DNA of 63,888 nucleotides, filler included, from Octopus bimaculoides (GCF_001194135.2; 9 parts of 6 records of this genome joined end to end with filler, not necessarily neighbours in it), one strand, 5' to 3'. Counted from the whole stretch's first letter, positions 1 through 16,573 are shown. Notes: a model not told the origin generated them from the letters alone. Program-made: numbers and translations.

Positions 1-1110
1 ACTCCATGAAGTGCGAAGCAGAAAGGAAGAGATCAACTTAGAGAGTTAAAGGGAAAGAGAGCAATAGATACAATATGCTGAAACAGCATATTGTATCTAT
101 GGACGAAATCCTCATAGCACCAAATGTGCAAGGGATCTGTGATTAACTGTCCACAAAATAAACATAAGCTTCAGTGCCCATATCCTCGGATCCACAGGAC
201 TTTCCTGTCTACTGAGACTCTCTCCATTTCTCTTCTACATTCATCTCTCCTTACCTTGAATAAAGTTGTATGTTGTGCCCTACCTACACAAGACACGAAA
301 CGTCATTAAACTTCTTTCACGATTGATTCGAGGGGTGCATTTAAGTTAGTTATACTTTCGCTCAATACTGGTCGAAACTTACCAAAGTTTATACACACAT
401 ATATGTGTGTGTGTGTGCTTACGCTCGCGTGTGTGTGTATGAATATATCAATATATACAGACATACATATTGATAGATATAAAGAGATTTATGTATGTAT
501 GTATATATGCGTGCATGTATGAAAGTATCTATGTATTTACAGAAATAAATGGATTTACATTCGGTGTGTGGTTAGTTTGAACATTTTTGTATATGTGTTT
601 TTATCTTTCGTATCTGATGCAAAATAAATAAATGACTAAAATCATGATAGAAAAATATATTCCAAGCATTTTGCAGATACTACGCTTTTTTTCAATAGTA
701 AAAACAAAGTTGAATATATATATATATAATCATACAAATGACCACGTATAAATACCAAAATGTGTATGTATGTGTGTATGTATGCATGTGTATGTATGTG
801 TATGCATGTGTGTATGTGTGTATGTGCTGCGTGTTTCCTTTTTTTAACCTACTCAATCTATACCTACATTTATGAGTCTCATCTACAAATACATACATCC
901 GTATGTAGGTATATATGTATATANNNNNNNNNNNNNNNNNNNNNNNNNNNNNNNNNNNNNNNNNNNNNNNNNNNNNNNNNNNNNNNNNNNNNNNNNNNNN
1001 NNNNNNNNNNNNNNNNNNNNNNNNNNNNNNNNNNNNNNNNNNNNNNNNNNNNNNNNNNNNNNNNNNNNNNNNNNNNNNNNNNNNNNNNNNNNNNNNNNNN
1101 NNNNNNNNNN

Positions 1111-1144
<34 letters not shown>

Positions 1145-3932
1145 CATGTGTAAGCATGTGTGTACACAAACACATACACACAAACATATATATATATGTT
1201 TTCTTGTGCTGTTTATGTAAGATCGGCTGTCTTATTCGTTTTAAAGTTTTTACAGATTTTCGTCGACTTTTAGTTATTTCGTTTCATATCCTCACGCTTT
1301 TGTTTTAGAAAAAATCTTTTTTTCTGCTACGTGTTGTGATATTTGCCAATTTTTTTTCATTTTTATTCGCTGAACAAATTCGAAATTTAATCGCATCAAT
1401 ATTTCTTTCATATATTTTTAGTCATTCAAGTCTATTTTTTCATTTAGTTTTCTTACTTCTAATTCTTTCTTACAATTACATGTATCTTTATATTATCGAC
1501 TATACAGACTTATTTATTATTTCTTTTTATATCGCAATTAATAAACAATGGTGTATATGGCTGCAGTCTCTATGCAATCTAACTATTAGTTCAAAGAGTT
1601 TTCACAGCTTCAGTGAAAAGCGAGTGTTTGTAATATGGTTTGAGCATATCATTCGGACTGAAGTATCATTTCATCGACATCAATTCCTTTTATAGAAAAC
1701 GGGGATGATCTTCATCATATTAGTTTCAACGTGTTACATACGGTGAGGAGTTTCGGGAGAGGCTAAGTGAGGAAATGACATTGAGCCTAGGGTTCAAATG
1801 GAGCTAATTTCTTCGAACTCCATAGAATGAAAGGCAATGTCGAGCTCAGTGAAATTTGAAGTCAAAAAGTAAATGCACCGTCAGTGCCGCTCAGTATTTT
1901 GCTCAGCCATGTTAACGATTGTGCAAACTCGCCCCCTTCGGGATATTTATTATATTATCATCACACATAAAATCTTCAGTGCATGGAACATATATTTCCA
2001 ACAAAGGTTTAGAAGAATAAATGTTACGTAGATTTCAATAAATTTTCTTCGCTTATGAAACTGCAGAAACAAACCGAGCACAACGAGATAAAGACACAAA
2101 AATTGTCCCCAAAATTGACAATACGATATCACACCAAACATGATAATAGTAGTAAATTGAGAAATTCTTACGAAATATAATTTTCGTGACAGACATTGAA
2201 AGTCTCTTCAACTTTCCACCTGTTTTGTAAGCTTCACAACGTATATGCTTTACTCCACCATGGAATTCTTGTTCCGCTCATTCGAACAACGGAAAAAAAA
2301 CACAACGTTTTGACAACTACAGCAGCAGCAGCAGCAATTACATCTACACCACCACTACCACCACGACCACGACCACGACCACCAACACCAACACCGACGA
2401 TGTTGCCTCTGCTGTTGCTACTAATATTACTACTACTGCTACTGCTAATACTCATGATGATGACGATGATGATGATGAGGAGGAGGAGGAGGAGGAGGGG
2501 GAGGAGAATGGAGATGATAATGAAATTTGTTTTACTTAGAAGCGATAGCGAATTAATAAAAGTCGAAGAATATAGATATTTAGAGGAGCTCAAACGTTCG
2601 AGCGGTACAATATCTATTTTTTAGAAAACTTGAGGCGTAACGTTTTACTATATTCTGACATATATACAGTCTGACATGATATCAGATAGTAGGGGAAATA
2701 AAATACAAGTGAGTTTTAGGATTCTGCATGAGAGAAAAAATATAAATTGAGAGACAGGAAAGGAAGTTGTGTTATCAATCGGTTTTTTATATACATCGAT
2801 TATATTAATTAACGAATGATGTTTAAAAAAAACCTAGCGATCTACCTGTCATAAGTGAGATAACTTTACAAATATACATTTGCCATCTTGCGTAATATCA
2901 AGAAATGTAGGAAAATATATTATAATTATAATTTGTCTTTAATCAAATTTTTACGCGTTTATACAAAATTAAATGAATATAAAACTTAGAAATTAAATGA
3001 ATATAAAATTTAAAAATTAAATTAATTTCCATTAAAATAAGATAAAAATAAAACAAATTTAATTTTTAATAAATATATTATTTTTCTAAATCATATAAAT
3101 ATTGTCGCAATATGATCTATTGAAAAGCATTTTGAAAACAAATTTGTATTATTATGTTAAGTTATCATTGGTTGCCAAAATGCCGCGTATTCTCTTACTA
3201 TTTTACTTGTTTCAGTCCTTTGAGCACCGCCTTTAATCGAGCAAATCAACCCCAGGACGTATTCTTTGTAAGCCTAGTACTTATTCTATCAGTCTCATTT
3301 GTCAAACGATGCTGTGTGGACGAATACAGATACACAAACACACACACGCATCACCCTTTCCCCCTCTCGTTCTTCCTCTGTTACTACTACGTACCGTAAA
3401 AAAAGAAGTAGGCACCAAAACAGTGAAAAGCACTGATAATAACATTTACTTTCTTACGTAGCATGGGAAATATACTTATCAAACAGATCAAAGATATTGG
3501 AATATCCGATGCATAGACTCCTTTGTGTCGTCATAATGGATAGTAAATTGAATTTCTTCCAGCTTAATGACTGTTAATAACTAGTACTAAATCATCTGAA
3601 CGTATATGGAATAGAATTATGCTGTTATGCAGAAGACAGTTAATGTCTAAATATATCATTATGAAATCAGTGACATGTCTGCTGAAATTAATAATTGCAA
3701 TTCCAGTGCATATGTAAATCCAATTCACCAATTAGCCCTAAAAGTAATGCTATCTGTAATTTAATGTCACTAAATATCATAGAAGCCGCGCCTTTTGCTC
3801 ACAACGGTAATATTCCTTGGTGTAGGAATTTGGATAAGGTGTATAATAATATGATTAATATATTCTGGGTTCATCGTAAATGTTCTTATATTTAATCAGA
3901 ATATTTACATTGTTGTATATAGATTATTATTA

Positions 3933-5664
<1,732 letters not shown>

Positions 5665-6176
5665 NNNNNNNNNNNNNNNNNNNNNNNNNNNNNNNNNNNN
5701 NNNNNNNNTTAATTAATTAANNNNNNNNNNNNNNNNNNNNNNNNNNNNNNNNNNNNNNNNNNNNTATATATATATATATATATGAATGTATATATCATAC
5801 AATGATAAACAGATTGTAAGAAAATATATGGTGTAGTGTTTGTATCTATGTGGGCGTGTTTCTTTCTATATACGCATGTATACAAGCGAGTGTATATGTA
5901 TTTGTATGTCAAAATGTGCCTCCTCTCAAAAGTCTTCTTCGTTAACAATAAGACATCCAACCAATACGACATAAAAGATATCAGTCATGTCTTAGATCCT
6001 TTGCATCTGATGCAATAATACATGATACGATATCTCATTGAATATCAAGACATGAAACTCACAAGTAGATTTGTTTGATGTTTTCGCATCGATTTTCATT
6101 AGTGTGTACACATACATACGCACGCACGCACACAGACGCGCGAGCACACATGCATACGCGCGTACACATGCTCGCA

Positions 6177-6241
<65 letters not shown>

Positions 6242-6378
6242 NNNNNNNNNNNNNNNNNNNNNNNNNNNNNNNNNNNNNNNNNNNNNNNNNNNNNNNNNNN
6301 NNNNNNNNNNNNNNNNNNNNNNNNNNNNNNNNNNNNNNNNNNNNNNNNNNNNNNNNNNNNNNNNNNNNNNNNNNNNNN

Positions 6379-6426
<48 letters not shown>

Positions 6427-6571
6427 TGTGTGTGTGAGAGTGTGTGTGTGTACACATATATTTCTGTACTTGTATATTTGCATAAATATTTATGCTTTTG
6501 TATGTATATATAGATATATATATGTTTCTTTGTGTGTGTATGTGTGTGTATATGTGTGTGAGTACATGTGT

Positions 6572-6614
<43 letters not shown>

Positions 6615-8656
6615 CATAAGTATGTGGAAGTGTGCAGATGTTTGTGTGAGTAGAAGCTTTCCTCTGTCCTTGCAAGATGTCCCTGTATGATCGATATACC
6701 AGTATCGAAATACGCTTAACATAAGATTGGCTGTGACGAAAAGCCGCCTATATACACACGCACACACTCCTACACTCGCAGACTCACTCACACTCATTGA
6801 CACACATACACACACACACATACACACACATTTACGCATACATACGCAGACACATATACACACATCTACGTCATACCTGCTCACAAACGTACATCTACAC
6901 GGACATTGATTTACTCTACACATTCATATAGAAACCCAGAACATCCACAACGGAATACACACACAACNNNNNNNNNNNNNNNNNNNNNNNNNNNNNNNNN
7001 NNNNNNNNNNNNNNNNNNNNNNNNNNNNNNNNNNNNNNNNNNNNNNNNNNNNNNNNNNNNNNNNNNNNNNNNNNNNNNNNNNNNNNNNNNNNNNNNNNNN
7101 NNNNNNNNNNNNNNNNNNNNNNNNNNNNNNNNNNNNNNNNNNNNNNNNNNNNNNNNNNNNNNNNNNNNNNNNNNNNNNNNNNNNNNNNNNNNNNNNNNNN
7201 NNNNNNNNNNNNNNNNNNNNNNNNNNNNNNNNNNNNNNNNNNNNNNNNNNNNNNNNNNNNNNNNNNNNNNNNNNNNNNNNNNNNNNNNNNNNNNNNNNNN
7301 NNNNNNNNNNNNNNNNNNNNNNNNNNNNNNNNNNNNNNNNNNNNNNNNNNNNNNNNNNNNNNNNNNNNNNNNNNNNNNNNNNNNNNNNNNNNNNNNNNNN
7401 NNNNNNNNNNNNNNNNNNNNNNNNNNNNNNNNNNNNNNNNNNNNNNNNNNNNNNNNNNNNNNNNNNNNNNNNNNNNNNNNNNNNNNNNNNNNNNNNNNNN
7501 NNNNNNNNNNNNNNNNNNNNNNNNNNNNNNNNNNNNNNNNNNNNNNNNNNNNNNNNNNNNNNNNNNNNNNNNNNNNNNNNNNNNNNNNNNNNNNNNCCCC
7601 CCCCCCACACACACACACACATAGACAGATATCCATATATTCACACACAGAATACGTACGTACACACATGCATACACACTCATATACATACACTAATAAA
7701 CACTCCCGTAGAATGCACACAAACACAACATGCATGAGTACGCATGCACAATATACACGTATGTGCACATGCGCACACACGTCATACACGTCATGATACA
7801 TGCTTGAAGAGAGACAGAGGGAACGCCCACGCTGTCACTAACCTACTAGAAATAGCAGCCCATTTCCGCCAGAAATCACACCCTTCTCTTTTATATAAGG
7901 TAATACACACCGGACTACGTAATTATGTATATTCACAATACCCTATTAAGAAGTGGGAGCGAGGCCTCGATTGGAAGGATTCTGGTTGGAACATCTTCGA
8001 TCTTAGATGTTGTCTGTTATGGTTGACCTTGTATTAAATAAATATCAACAATAGTTAGAACTCCCACAGCGAGCAACTACAGACCGACAATTCGACAGGA
8101 TTGTGGACTGCTGTTTTTTAGCTCCTTGTCAGTCCTGATCGTATGGTCAGAGGTTATCCAGTTGTGAGCTTATATGTTTTGTGTACACACACAGAATTGC
8201 ATTATCAGGTGTAGGCTTCCTGCTTTTAATAGCGTAGTGACTTGTTGTGAGGGAGATTTTGGCTGTTGTTTCTTACAGGAAAATTAGCAGCTTGCCGTAC
8301 ATTTAACTGGCAATGTTTCACCTACACAGCTATAATTTACAAAACCTAGACCCTCATTTCAGCTTAACTGAATGATTTAATAAAATTATATTATATATGG
8401 CTGTGTGGTAAGAAGTATGCTTCTCAGTCACATGGTTCAGTGTTCAGTTACACTGAGCGACAGTGTGGAACCTCAAGCCGAGTTTTTGGCTTTCATATCA
8501 CGGCATATATTTAGAATCAATCTCTAGCAGACGAGCTCCCTTTTCTCCTTGATTTCATCGTTCTTCGCCATTGTTCAGATTTGCATTACATTCTCGGACT
8601 GCAACTTTTTTTTCGTTTTCATGTGGTGCATTTTCAGACTTGAACTCAGGTGTCTG

Positions 8657-8976
8657 ATCTGAGGTTTCTGTTATGAACACAATATCTTCTGCGATTCGGA
8701 GGTTGATGTTGACGCCACTTTTCCAGTCAGTGTATCCGAAAACTAGCTTGGACAAGCGGTGAAGGTCATAACGGATTCTACTTTACAGTACCTCATAGTT
8801 GGGCAATGGTGGTAATATTCATACACTTGTAGCGCGAGTAAAGCTATAAACTATGAGATACTGTAGAGTAGAATTCGTTATGACCTTCGCTGCTTGTCTA
8901 CATTGATTGGAAAGGTGACATCAGCATCAACCTCCGACTCGCAGAAGATATTGTGTTCATCGCAGAAACCTCAGAT
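8657..8976. repeat. Inverted repeat, arms 8657-8800 and 8849-8976, derived from a LINE RT fragment
   Basis: The arms are reverse complements with scattered mismatches and one indel of about 16 nt; both encode a NLR(I/L)AEDIVFI(T/A)ETSD (RT FADD-like) motif. Confidence 0.85.
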
Positions 8977-10589
8977 AGTGTTCATGTCTTTTGCGGCCCA
9001 CCTTGTTAGAACAGAGCGAGCAATTGTGAAATTTAGAGGTGTCCAATTTGAGCAGTATATAGCATCATAAAATTTAGCTTCTATATCAACGATAACCTTG
9101 TTGCTAAATTGCTGTTTTAAGATGAACTTTGTGTAATGGGATTGCAATCAATTAGTTCATTGATGAATAGTCAAGAAAAAACGACAGAAACCGAGACATC
9201 ATAACTGTGAAAAAAGAATAACAGAGCCCCTTAACCATTGCTAACTGACTACGTCGATGTATAACATGCAGCGCATGTGTAAATAAATTCTTTTCTTTTA
9301 TTTGTTTCAGTCATTTGGCAGTGGCCATGCTGGAGCACCGCCTCTTAGTCGAAGAAATCGACCTCTGGTTTTTATCTTTTGTAAGCCTAGTGCTAATTCT
9401 ATCGGTTTCTTCTGCAGTATTGCTAAGTTACGGGGACGTAAGCACGCCAACATCGGTTATCAAGCGATTATGGGTGACATCGTATATGTATATACATATA
9501 TATATATATANNNNNNNNNNNNNNNNNNNNNNNNNNNNNNNNNNNNNNNNNNNNNNNNNNNNNNNNNNNNNNNNNNNNNNNNNNNNNNNNNNNNNNNNNN
9601 NNNNNNNNNNNNNNNNNNNNNNNNNNNNNNNNNNNNNNNNNNNNNNNNNNNNNNNNNNNNNNNNNNNNNNNNNNNNNNNNNNNNNNNNNNNNNNNNNNNN
9701 NNNNNNNNNNNNNNNNNNNNNNNNNNNNNNNNNNNNNNNNNNNNNNNNNNNNNNNNNNNNNNNNNNNNNNNNNNNNNNNNNNNNNNNNNNNNNNNNNNNN
9801 NNNNNNNNNNNNNNNNNNNNNNNNNNNNNNNNNNNNNNNNNNNNNNNNNNNNNNNNNNNNNNNNNNNNNNNNNNNNNNNNNNNNNNNNNNNNNNNNNNNN
9901 NNNNNNNNNNNNNNNNNNNNNNNNNNNNNNNNNNNNNNNNNNNNNNNNNNNNNNNNNNNNNNNNNNNNNNNNNNNNNNNNNNNNNNNNNNGTTTTGTTAA
10001 GCGGCGTTGAGTTTTACAATTCTGTAAATGACAATAATGGTATTTTTTTATAAGCTTTAAACTTATAAAAGTAAAAACATATATATCTTTTTTTTCTTCC
10101 TCCGTCTTCCTTTAGACTTTCCTCTGTTTCTGAAGAAGAACGTTTCTCGAAATATTAAACCATCTTTCTTTCCTTCCCTGAGCTTGTGCTACCATGTCCT
10201 TGCGTTGTTGTTTTTGTGTGCGTTTGTTCTTCCCTCTTTGGATTTACTATATATATATATGAAGAAAATTAATAAAATGGAGATCTAGCATTAATATAAT
10301 TTATTATCTGCAAAAATGTTGGATTTTTTAATGTTTATAAACTAAGATTTATATTTAAACCTATTATTTTATGAATATTATTACTCACAAGAAATATTAG
10401 GTAATGAATCAGTAATTCATTGGATATTAATATCCCTTAATGAGGCTATTTTAACCCCTTACTGAATGTATATATATATATACATATAATAGGAATGACC
10501 ACTAGGTGGATTCCCAATATGTTAAAAGTAGACCCCAGATAGTCTGTTCACTAAGAAAAATTGTTCTCAAGGAAATTCTGCTCTGTAGA

Positions 10590-10990
10590 AGAACCACTCT
10601 CCACAAATAACAAATCCGCCACCCACATTACAGACAGATGCAGGTCAGTGGACACGTAGAAAGGTGTGCGAGGAATCTTAATCCTGATTTCCTAATGTTT
10701 CCCTTCTATCAATGTTCACAGAACACCTCAATACAACAAAGAATGAATAAAGAGGCAACTTTCATCAATAAATATCTTTCACAACTAAGTATGAACACAT
10801 AACATAATATAGAACACTACTAACCTTCCATTTAATACCACTAACCCCCATACATCCCATACACCATTCACATTACAGATCTAGATCTACCTTAATTGCA
10901 CCAAATCCAGAACTACTTACCTCCCTTGCACATAAACTTTTTACTCAGGGACTAGTAGACCTGAAACTGTTTAGTATTCGGTGTGCATTC
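10590..10990 (+). mobile_element. Penelope-like element remnant (GIY-YIG endonuclease C-terminus plus degraded hammerhead region)
   Basis: 10641-10802 reads QVSGHVERCARNLNPDFLMFPFYQCSQNTSIQQRMNKEATFINKYLSQLS, resembling recalled PLE endonuclease ends; degraded GGGACTAGTAGACCTGAAAC at about 10948-10967. Confidence 0.5.
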
Positions 10991-12982
10991 AAAGGAACGA
11001 TTAGTAGTATTACGAAACCGGTATGCTTTCGAATCTCTTTAACAACTCACAGTAATGACTTTTGTTACTTTTATTATTCCTACCTCAGTTCATCTAATTG
11101 TATATATCTATCGTTACTTTTCATAAAAAGCCTTTACTTTTTTGATTTCTAATGTGTATTTTCGCTTATTTTTCTTTTTACTTTCCCCTTACATTTCCAC
11201 GTATAGTTACTATTTTGTTTTTGCAACATATTTCTATTATATATATATANNNNNNNNNNNNNNNNNNNNNNNNNNNNNNNNNNNNNNNNNNNNTTAATTA
11301 ATTAANNNNNNNNNNNNNNNNNNNNNNNNNNNNNNNNNNNNNNNNNNNNTTTTTTTTTTTTTTTTTTTTGTACTCTGTACCAGAATAAATTAAATAAAAT
11401 GCTGGCTTTTACTCTACTGTTGTTGTCAGTGTGACAGTTTATTTATTTGCAGGTAATATAACCCAGGAAATAAACATTACCTTACCTAGTTTTGGAGATT
11501 TGCTTAACCAGTATTTAGCAGTAATCCCATGAATCCCAGTGTTCTTGAAGTAAACATCAGAGCATATACATGGCAGCTCCACTTGCTAGAAATAACAGCC
11601 AAATCTCCCTCAAATTGCATTTATCATCTTTAAAAAGAGAGATACATTACATAATATTGCCTAGACATGCCAAGTCTGAAAAATATAACAGTCTCATCAT
11701 AAAAATTGACTTAAGGCTAAAAATCTAAAACATGTTGCCCTTCATCCCATTTGGATGTGTATACTGTGGTTTTACATGTGTGTGTGGTTATATATAGTTT
11801 TAATAAAATACTGGAAACATGGTATTTTATGCTTTACGAAACATACACATGTTTTAACAATTACTGCCGGGATTACATTATTGCTTGTTAAAACACAATA
11901 TAATCTTGTTAATACATCTCTTCAGTATTTAATATTTTTTGCTTAACACTAAAGAGGTGAATTAACAAGATTATATAATGTTTCAACAAGCAATTGTGAC
12001 AGTGATTCTCCAAAATATATGTATGTTTTGTAAAGCATAAAATACCATGTTTTCTGTATTTTATTTATATTATTATGTGACTCATATTCTACATACTAAT
12101 CTATCCTGTGGTCTGATGCCCTTGGTCATACTGCACTGGAGTGTGGGACCTACTGCTGTGGCCAAACTTTGGTTCTGTGCCGCACTTCATAGCGCATATA
12201 TATGAAATGGAAAATAACATATTTGAAAAATAATATAAAGATAAATCTCCCACATTGGAAGTCAGCTGGAACCATCTTCTGCTCTTGGCACCTGACTTCT
12301 CTCTACTTCACCCACCTTGGATGAGACTGAAGGGTCAATCCTTTTAGCTAAACCATGTTTGCTACATTTACCCACATTTCATAAACCAATGAGAGAGAAT
12401 GATTTCATATTCAATAGAGATGACAATTAACAAATAATCAGGGAGCAAACTATCATAAAACTCCATGTATAATACACTTTTTTTCCTCATCAAAAGCAAG
12501 ATTAAAATTAAGAGTATCTATAATGCTTAGGATTTAACTGAAAATTTTCTCTACCCACTTTTATTAAGAAAAAATGTATATTGTAATAAAGCGTTATGTA
12601 TGTTGTTTGTTGTTTTTTTTACAGATCATTTTTATATAACAGTATAGATTATATAAAATGAAATCTTAATAAACTAAATTATTGGATTGCAGGAGATTTA
12701 GTTTCATTTGTGCAACGCTGCATATTACACATGATATTCTAAAATTTCTAAGACAATTTAAATCTCAACCCAAGATGCATATTATACAGGGTTATGTATT
12801 ACACATGGGCTTTTATTGATTGTAGGAGTTCACAGGAAAGCTTTATTGTTATTGATACACATATAAGACACTGGTAATGAAAATAAGTTTATAGACTGGA
12901 GAGTAGAGAGGATCAAATTGATAGAATATAGAACAACAAAATAAGCTGTGCGTTGGTAGCTCACTGCATTGTTTATGACCTG

Positions 12983-13045
12983 TTTGTTCCTACCCTAAGG
13001 CTGCTATATACATGCTGTATAAAGGTGCCTTAGGGTAGGAACAAA
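12983..13045. repeat. Perfect 18-bp inverted repeat / hairpin
   Basis: TTTGTTCCTACCCTAAGG (12983-13000) and CCTTAGGGTAGGAACAAA (13028-13045). Confidence 0.9.
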
Positions 13046-14528
13046 TGCTGCTATAAACAGTAGCATTGTAAAACTGCTGAGTGTTATGTTACTTTGCTTG
13101 AATAGGGTATCACTTTATTTTGGGTGGATTTGAATGCAGAACTGCAAAGATTATTCCTTGTCTCTGTATTTTATGAGAATGTTGGTATCTTAAAGAACAC
13201 TTAATAGACTAGAGTATAGTTCACTTAATCCTTTGAGATCATTTTCTCTTGTACTGACTTGATTGGAGTCAAGCAGCACAACGGTTATGGTAGTGATATT
13301 AAAAACAAACAGTTTTGAATCTTCCATTTAAAACTATATAGCATTCTTATTATATCAGTTATTTGGAACATGTATAGCTGACTAGCAATAAACAGTACAT
13401 TCTTAAACATACATTATATACATATCAATATAAAAGCACATCTGAGAGAGATTTGCTTGGTGATGAACCATCATTTAACATCTAATTTTCCATGCTTGCA
13501 TGGGTCAGAGTGAATTTGTTGAGGCAGATTTTCTATAGCTGGATACCCTTCCTGTTGCCAATTTTCACCTGTTTCCGAGTAAGGTAATGTTTTGTCATGG
13601 AAGACTGGAAACAAGCAACAGCAATGATGCTTGTTTACACACATCTATCACATGATGTCCAAACAAGGCTACACACATGCATATATGATAGGCTTCTTTT
13701 AGTTCCCATCTACAAGATCCATTCATACATTCATAAGGCTTTGGTCAGCCCAGGGCTATAATAGGAGACACTTGCCCAAGATGCCATGCAGTGGCTGAAC
13801 AATAAAGAAATTTTCGTGAAGGAAACTTCTTAACCATTTGGGCCATGCCAGCACCCATTTTCACATTTAGACATAAAACTTGGAATTAATCAAGAAGGAA
13901 ATGAATGTAATACTTGAGCCTCTTCCAAAGACAGTATTGCAAGCAAAAGATATCTAAATTGCTTTAGACATTGTTTGCAATACCTCCTCATAAGGAATAA
14001 TTATTTCTTACATTTAATACCAATTTACAATTCAGAAATGTATTGAGAAAGTGCTTGAGTAAACCCATTTTATAACTGGTAGTTGATTTTACAAAAATGA
14101 AAGGATTAAAAGTTAATCAGGACCAGTGCTTTGCTGTATCTGCCCATCAGCCACACTATTTTTATCCATACAATATATACTATAATCATAGTAATAATGT
14201 TTTCTTTATAATCATAATAACTATAGGGATTGATAGTGTTGATGCAAGATCATGAAATTGTAAAGAAGGGAAAATACAGTCAACCTAGGCAGGTTTCAAA
14301 CATAGAGGGACGTAACTAAATGTAGTAAGGCATTTTACAACCCATCTAGAAATTAGGCCTTCTGCTATACTATGCCAATAATAACTTTCCAATGTAGGCA
14401 CAAAGCCTGAAATAGAAGCAATAAGGTTAGTCAATTTCATCACACACACACACAGACGTGTACTAATAATGATTATGATTAAGTGTATATGTTAAAAATG
14501 TTTTATATGTAACGTTCTGTTATTTCAG

Positions 14529-14636
14529 TTATGCGAATTGGGAAGAAATCCAAAGATCCAGAGTCCAAAAGCCAGGTGATAGATGGTATTAGTCGACTGA
14601 TTTGTACATCAAAGAACCACAACTATACACTTAAAG
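14529..14636 (+). CDS. PACS: PACS-family protein, penultimate coding exon (xMRIGKKSKDPESKSQVIDGISRLICTSKNHNYTLK)
   Basis: tatttcag acceptor and AAAG|gtaatg donor; 108 nt, phase 1-1. The peptide matches the recalled PACS1/PACS2 C-terminal motif KSQVIEGISRLIC. Confidence 0.95.
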
Positions 14637-14728
14637 GTAATGACCTTCTACATAACATTTTTCCACTGACTCGGAACATCTTCCTGTCCTACTGGGCTTA
14701 TAAAAATTAACCAGTTTCTGTCATACTA

Positions 14729-14947
14729 TTAACCCTTTAGCATTCAGATTATTCTGTCAAATGTAATACATATTCATTCATATTAATTTAAAGTAATCAT
14801 GCATTATCTTGTAGCCTTGATATTTTGATAATGTTATTACTTATGTTTTGAATGACATTGTTAGGTAGATGTGAAAGGCCAGATTGATCTAGTTTGAACA
14901 TAAAACAGGGAGAAAACTTTAAACTGGATTAAATGCTAAAGGGCTAA
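14729..14947. mobile_element. piggyBac-type MITE (about 220 bp)
   Basis: TTAA-CCCTTTAGCATT ... AATGCTAAAGGG-CTAA; lies 93 nt downstream of the PACS exon donor. Confidence 0.8.
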
Positions 14948-16517
14948 TAATACAGAATTAGCTGATTGTTCTTGTAAACAAAGGGATTGTTTCTTCATAT
15001 GAAGAGTAGATTGTACAATCCTTGCACACAGTGTGACGTTGCAAGGTAGCAACATACGAGTAATGAGAGTGACCAAGTGAGAGAAAGTGATGATGGCTAC
15101 CTCACAGATTAATAACTAGGTCGTACTTCCTTATTGTTCTGAAAATATTGCTCTCATTTGTTGCAACGAGACACAAATGTCCATTACGTCAGGGAAGATA
15201 AAATAGGACATTTGTGATGTATGAGATGTGAAATTGCTTCAACTGATGGTTGGAACTGATCTTGTATCTTGCTACATGTGCATTGGAAATGTTGACTCAT
15301 TGACAGAGTTGGTGGCCATCTCTTCAAATAAATGTTACCGGTTTGCTTCAAATCAGTTATGCCTGCTTTTTTGGCTTTTAATTTTAGTGAGACCAATCTA
15401 GGTTCATTAGCCTCTATGTTCTCTCTTTATTAAGACTGTAGAATGAGGCTTGAGGGAGATTTAGCTGTTTTTTCTAGCAGGTTGAGCAAACCACATAAAT
15501 TCCCTCATTGACTGACTCATTTCTTCATTAGTTTTAACCATAGAGGTAGTCATCTTCATTTCGACACTATGCAAGTATGGACTCACATGACTAAGTGGTT
15601 TAGTTCATTTGGCAGCCATAAGATCCTGGGATCAATCCCACTGCGTAGCATCTTGGATTTAACCTAAGCCTTGTAACTGAAATTAAGTAGACAGAAACTG
15701 TGCAAAAAGCCTGTATCTGCAATACAAATGTCCAGCCTTGTCACATTGTGTCATGCTAATTTTACCAATGAATTACATTGATGGTACACATGTCTGAGGA
15801 ATACCCAGCCACTTCACATACTACTCTAATGAGTAGCTCATCCAATTGATCCAAACATTCTGAGTTCAAGTTCCTCCAAGGTCAGCTTTGTCTTTCAGCC
15901 TTTCGGGGTCAATAAAATAAATACCAGTTGAGCACTGGGGTCGATGTAATTGTCTTACTCCCATCCTGAAATTGCTGGCCTTGTACCTAAATTTGAAACT
16001 ATTATTATTATTATTATTATCAATAATATTAATGTGCTAACTTTTTATTTTTGTACGTACCTGTGTTGTGTGTCACACTTCAAAGTAGCAAAGCAAGGGA
16101 GAGGAAGACAGAGAGGAAGAAAGAGAGAGAGAGAGGGAGTGAGAGAGAAAGAGTGTGAAAGAGACAGTGAGTGGTGACAATATATACACACACATATATA
16201 TGTGTGTGTGCGTATGCGTATGTATATATGTATGTATTTTGCATATTCATGTGCTTGCATGTCCGTGTTTGTGTATTTTTTATGTATGCGTGTGCGTGTG
16301 TTTGTATATGTATGCACCTCTGCCTCCTTGTGTGTGTGTGTATATATGGTCATGTGTTTCAGTCTCCATTTGCATATGTGTGCTTGTCTGTTCATATAAC
16401 CTATGTACCTATCCGTCTGTATGTTGATCTGTTTATTTTCATATCCATATGCTTACATACATGGGCATATACACATATATACCCACGTTTTCTGTGAATT
16501 TTTCACGGGTCCAGCTA

Positions 16518-16553
<36 letters not shown>

Positions 16554-16573
16554 TTCTTCCTCTTCTTTTCCAG

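Noticed and set aside
2196-2624. 142-aa ORF with poly-A/P/L/M/R and TM-like stretch
   Set aside because: Compound trinucleotide microsatellite; open on both strands by composition and lacks splice or homology support.
11438-11533. TTTATTTATTTGCAG|GTAAT as a recursive splice site or a 26-codon plus-strand exon (GNITQEINITLPSFGDLLNQYLAVIP*)
   Set aside because: Weak donor, no PACS similarity, and an equally plausible minus-strand candidate overlaps it; consistent with chance.
15184-15396. 70-codon minus-strand ORF inside the last PACS intron, bounded by AG and GT
   Set aside because: The acceptor has no pyrimidine tract and the peptide is unrecognised.
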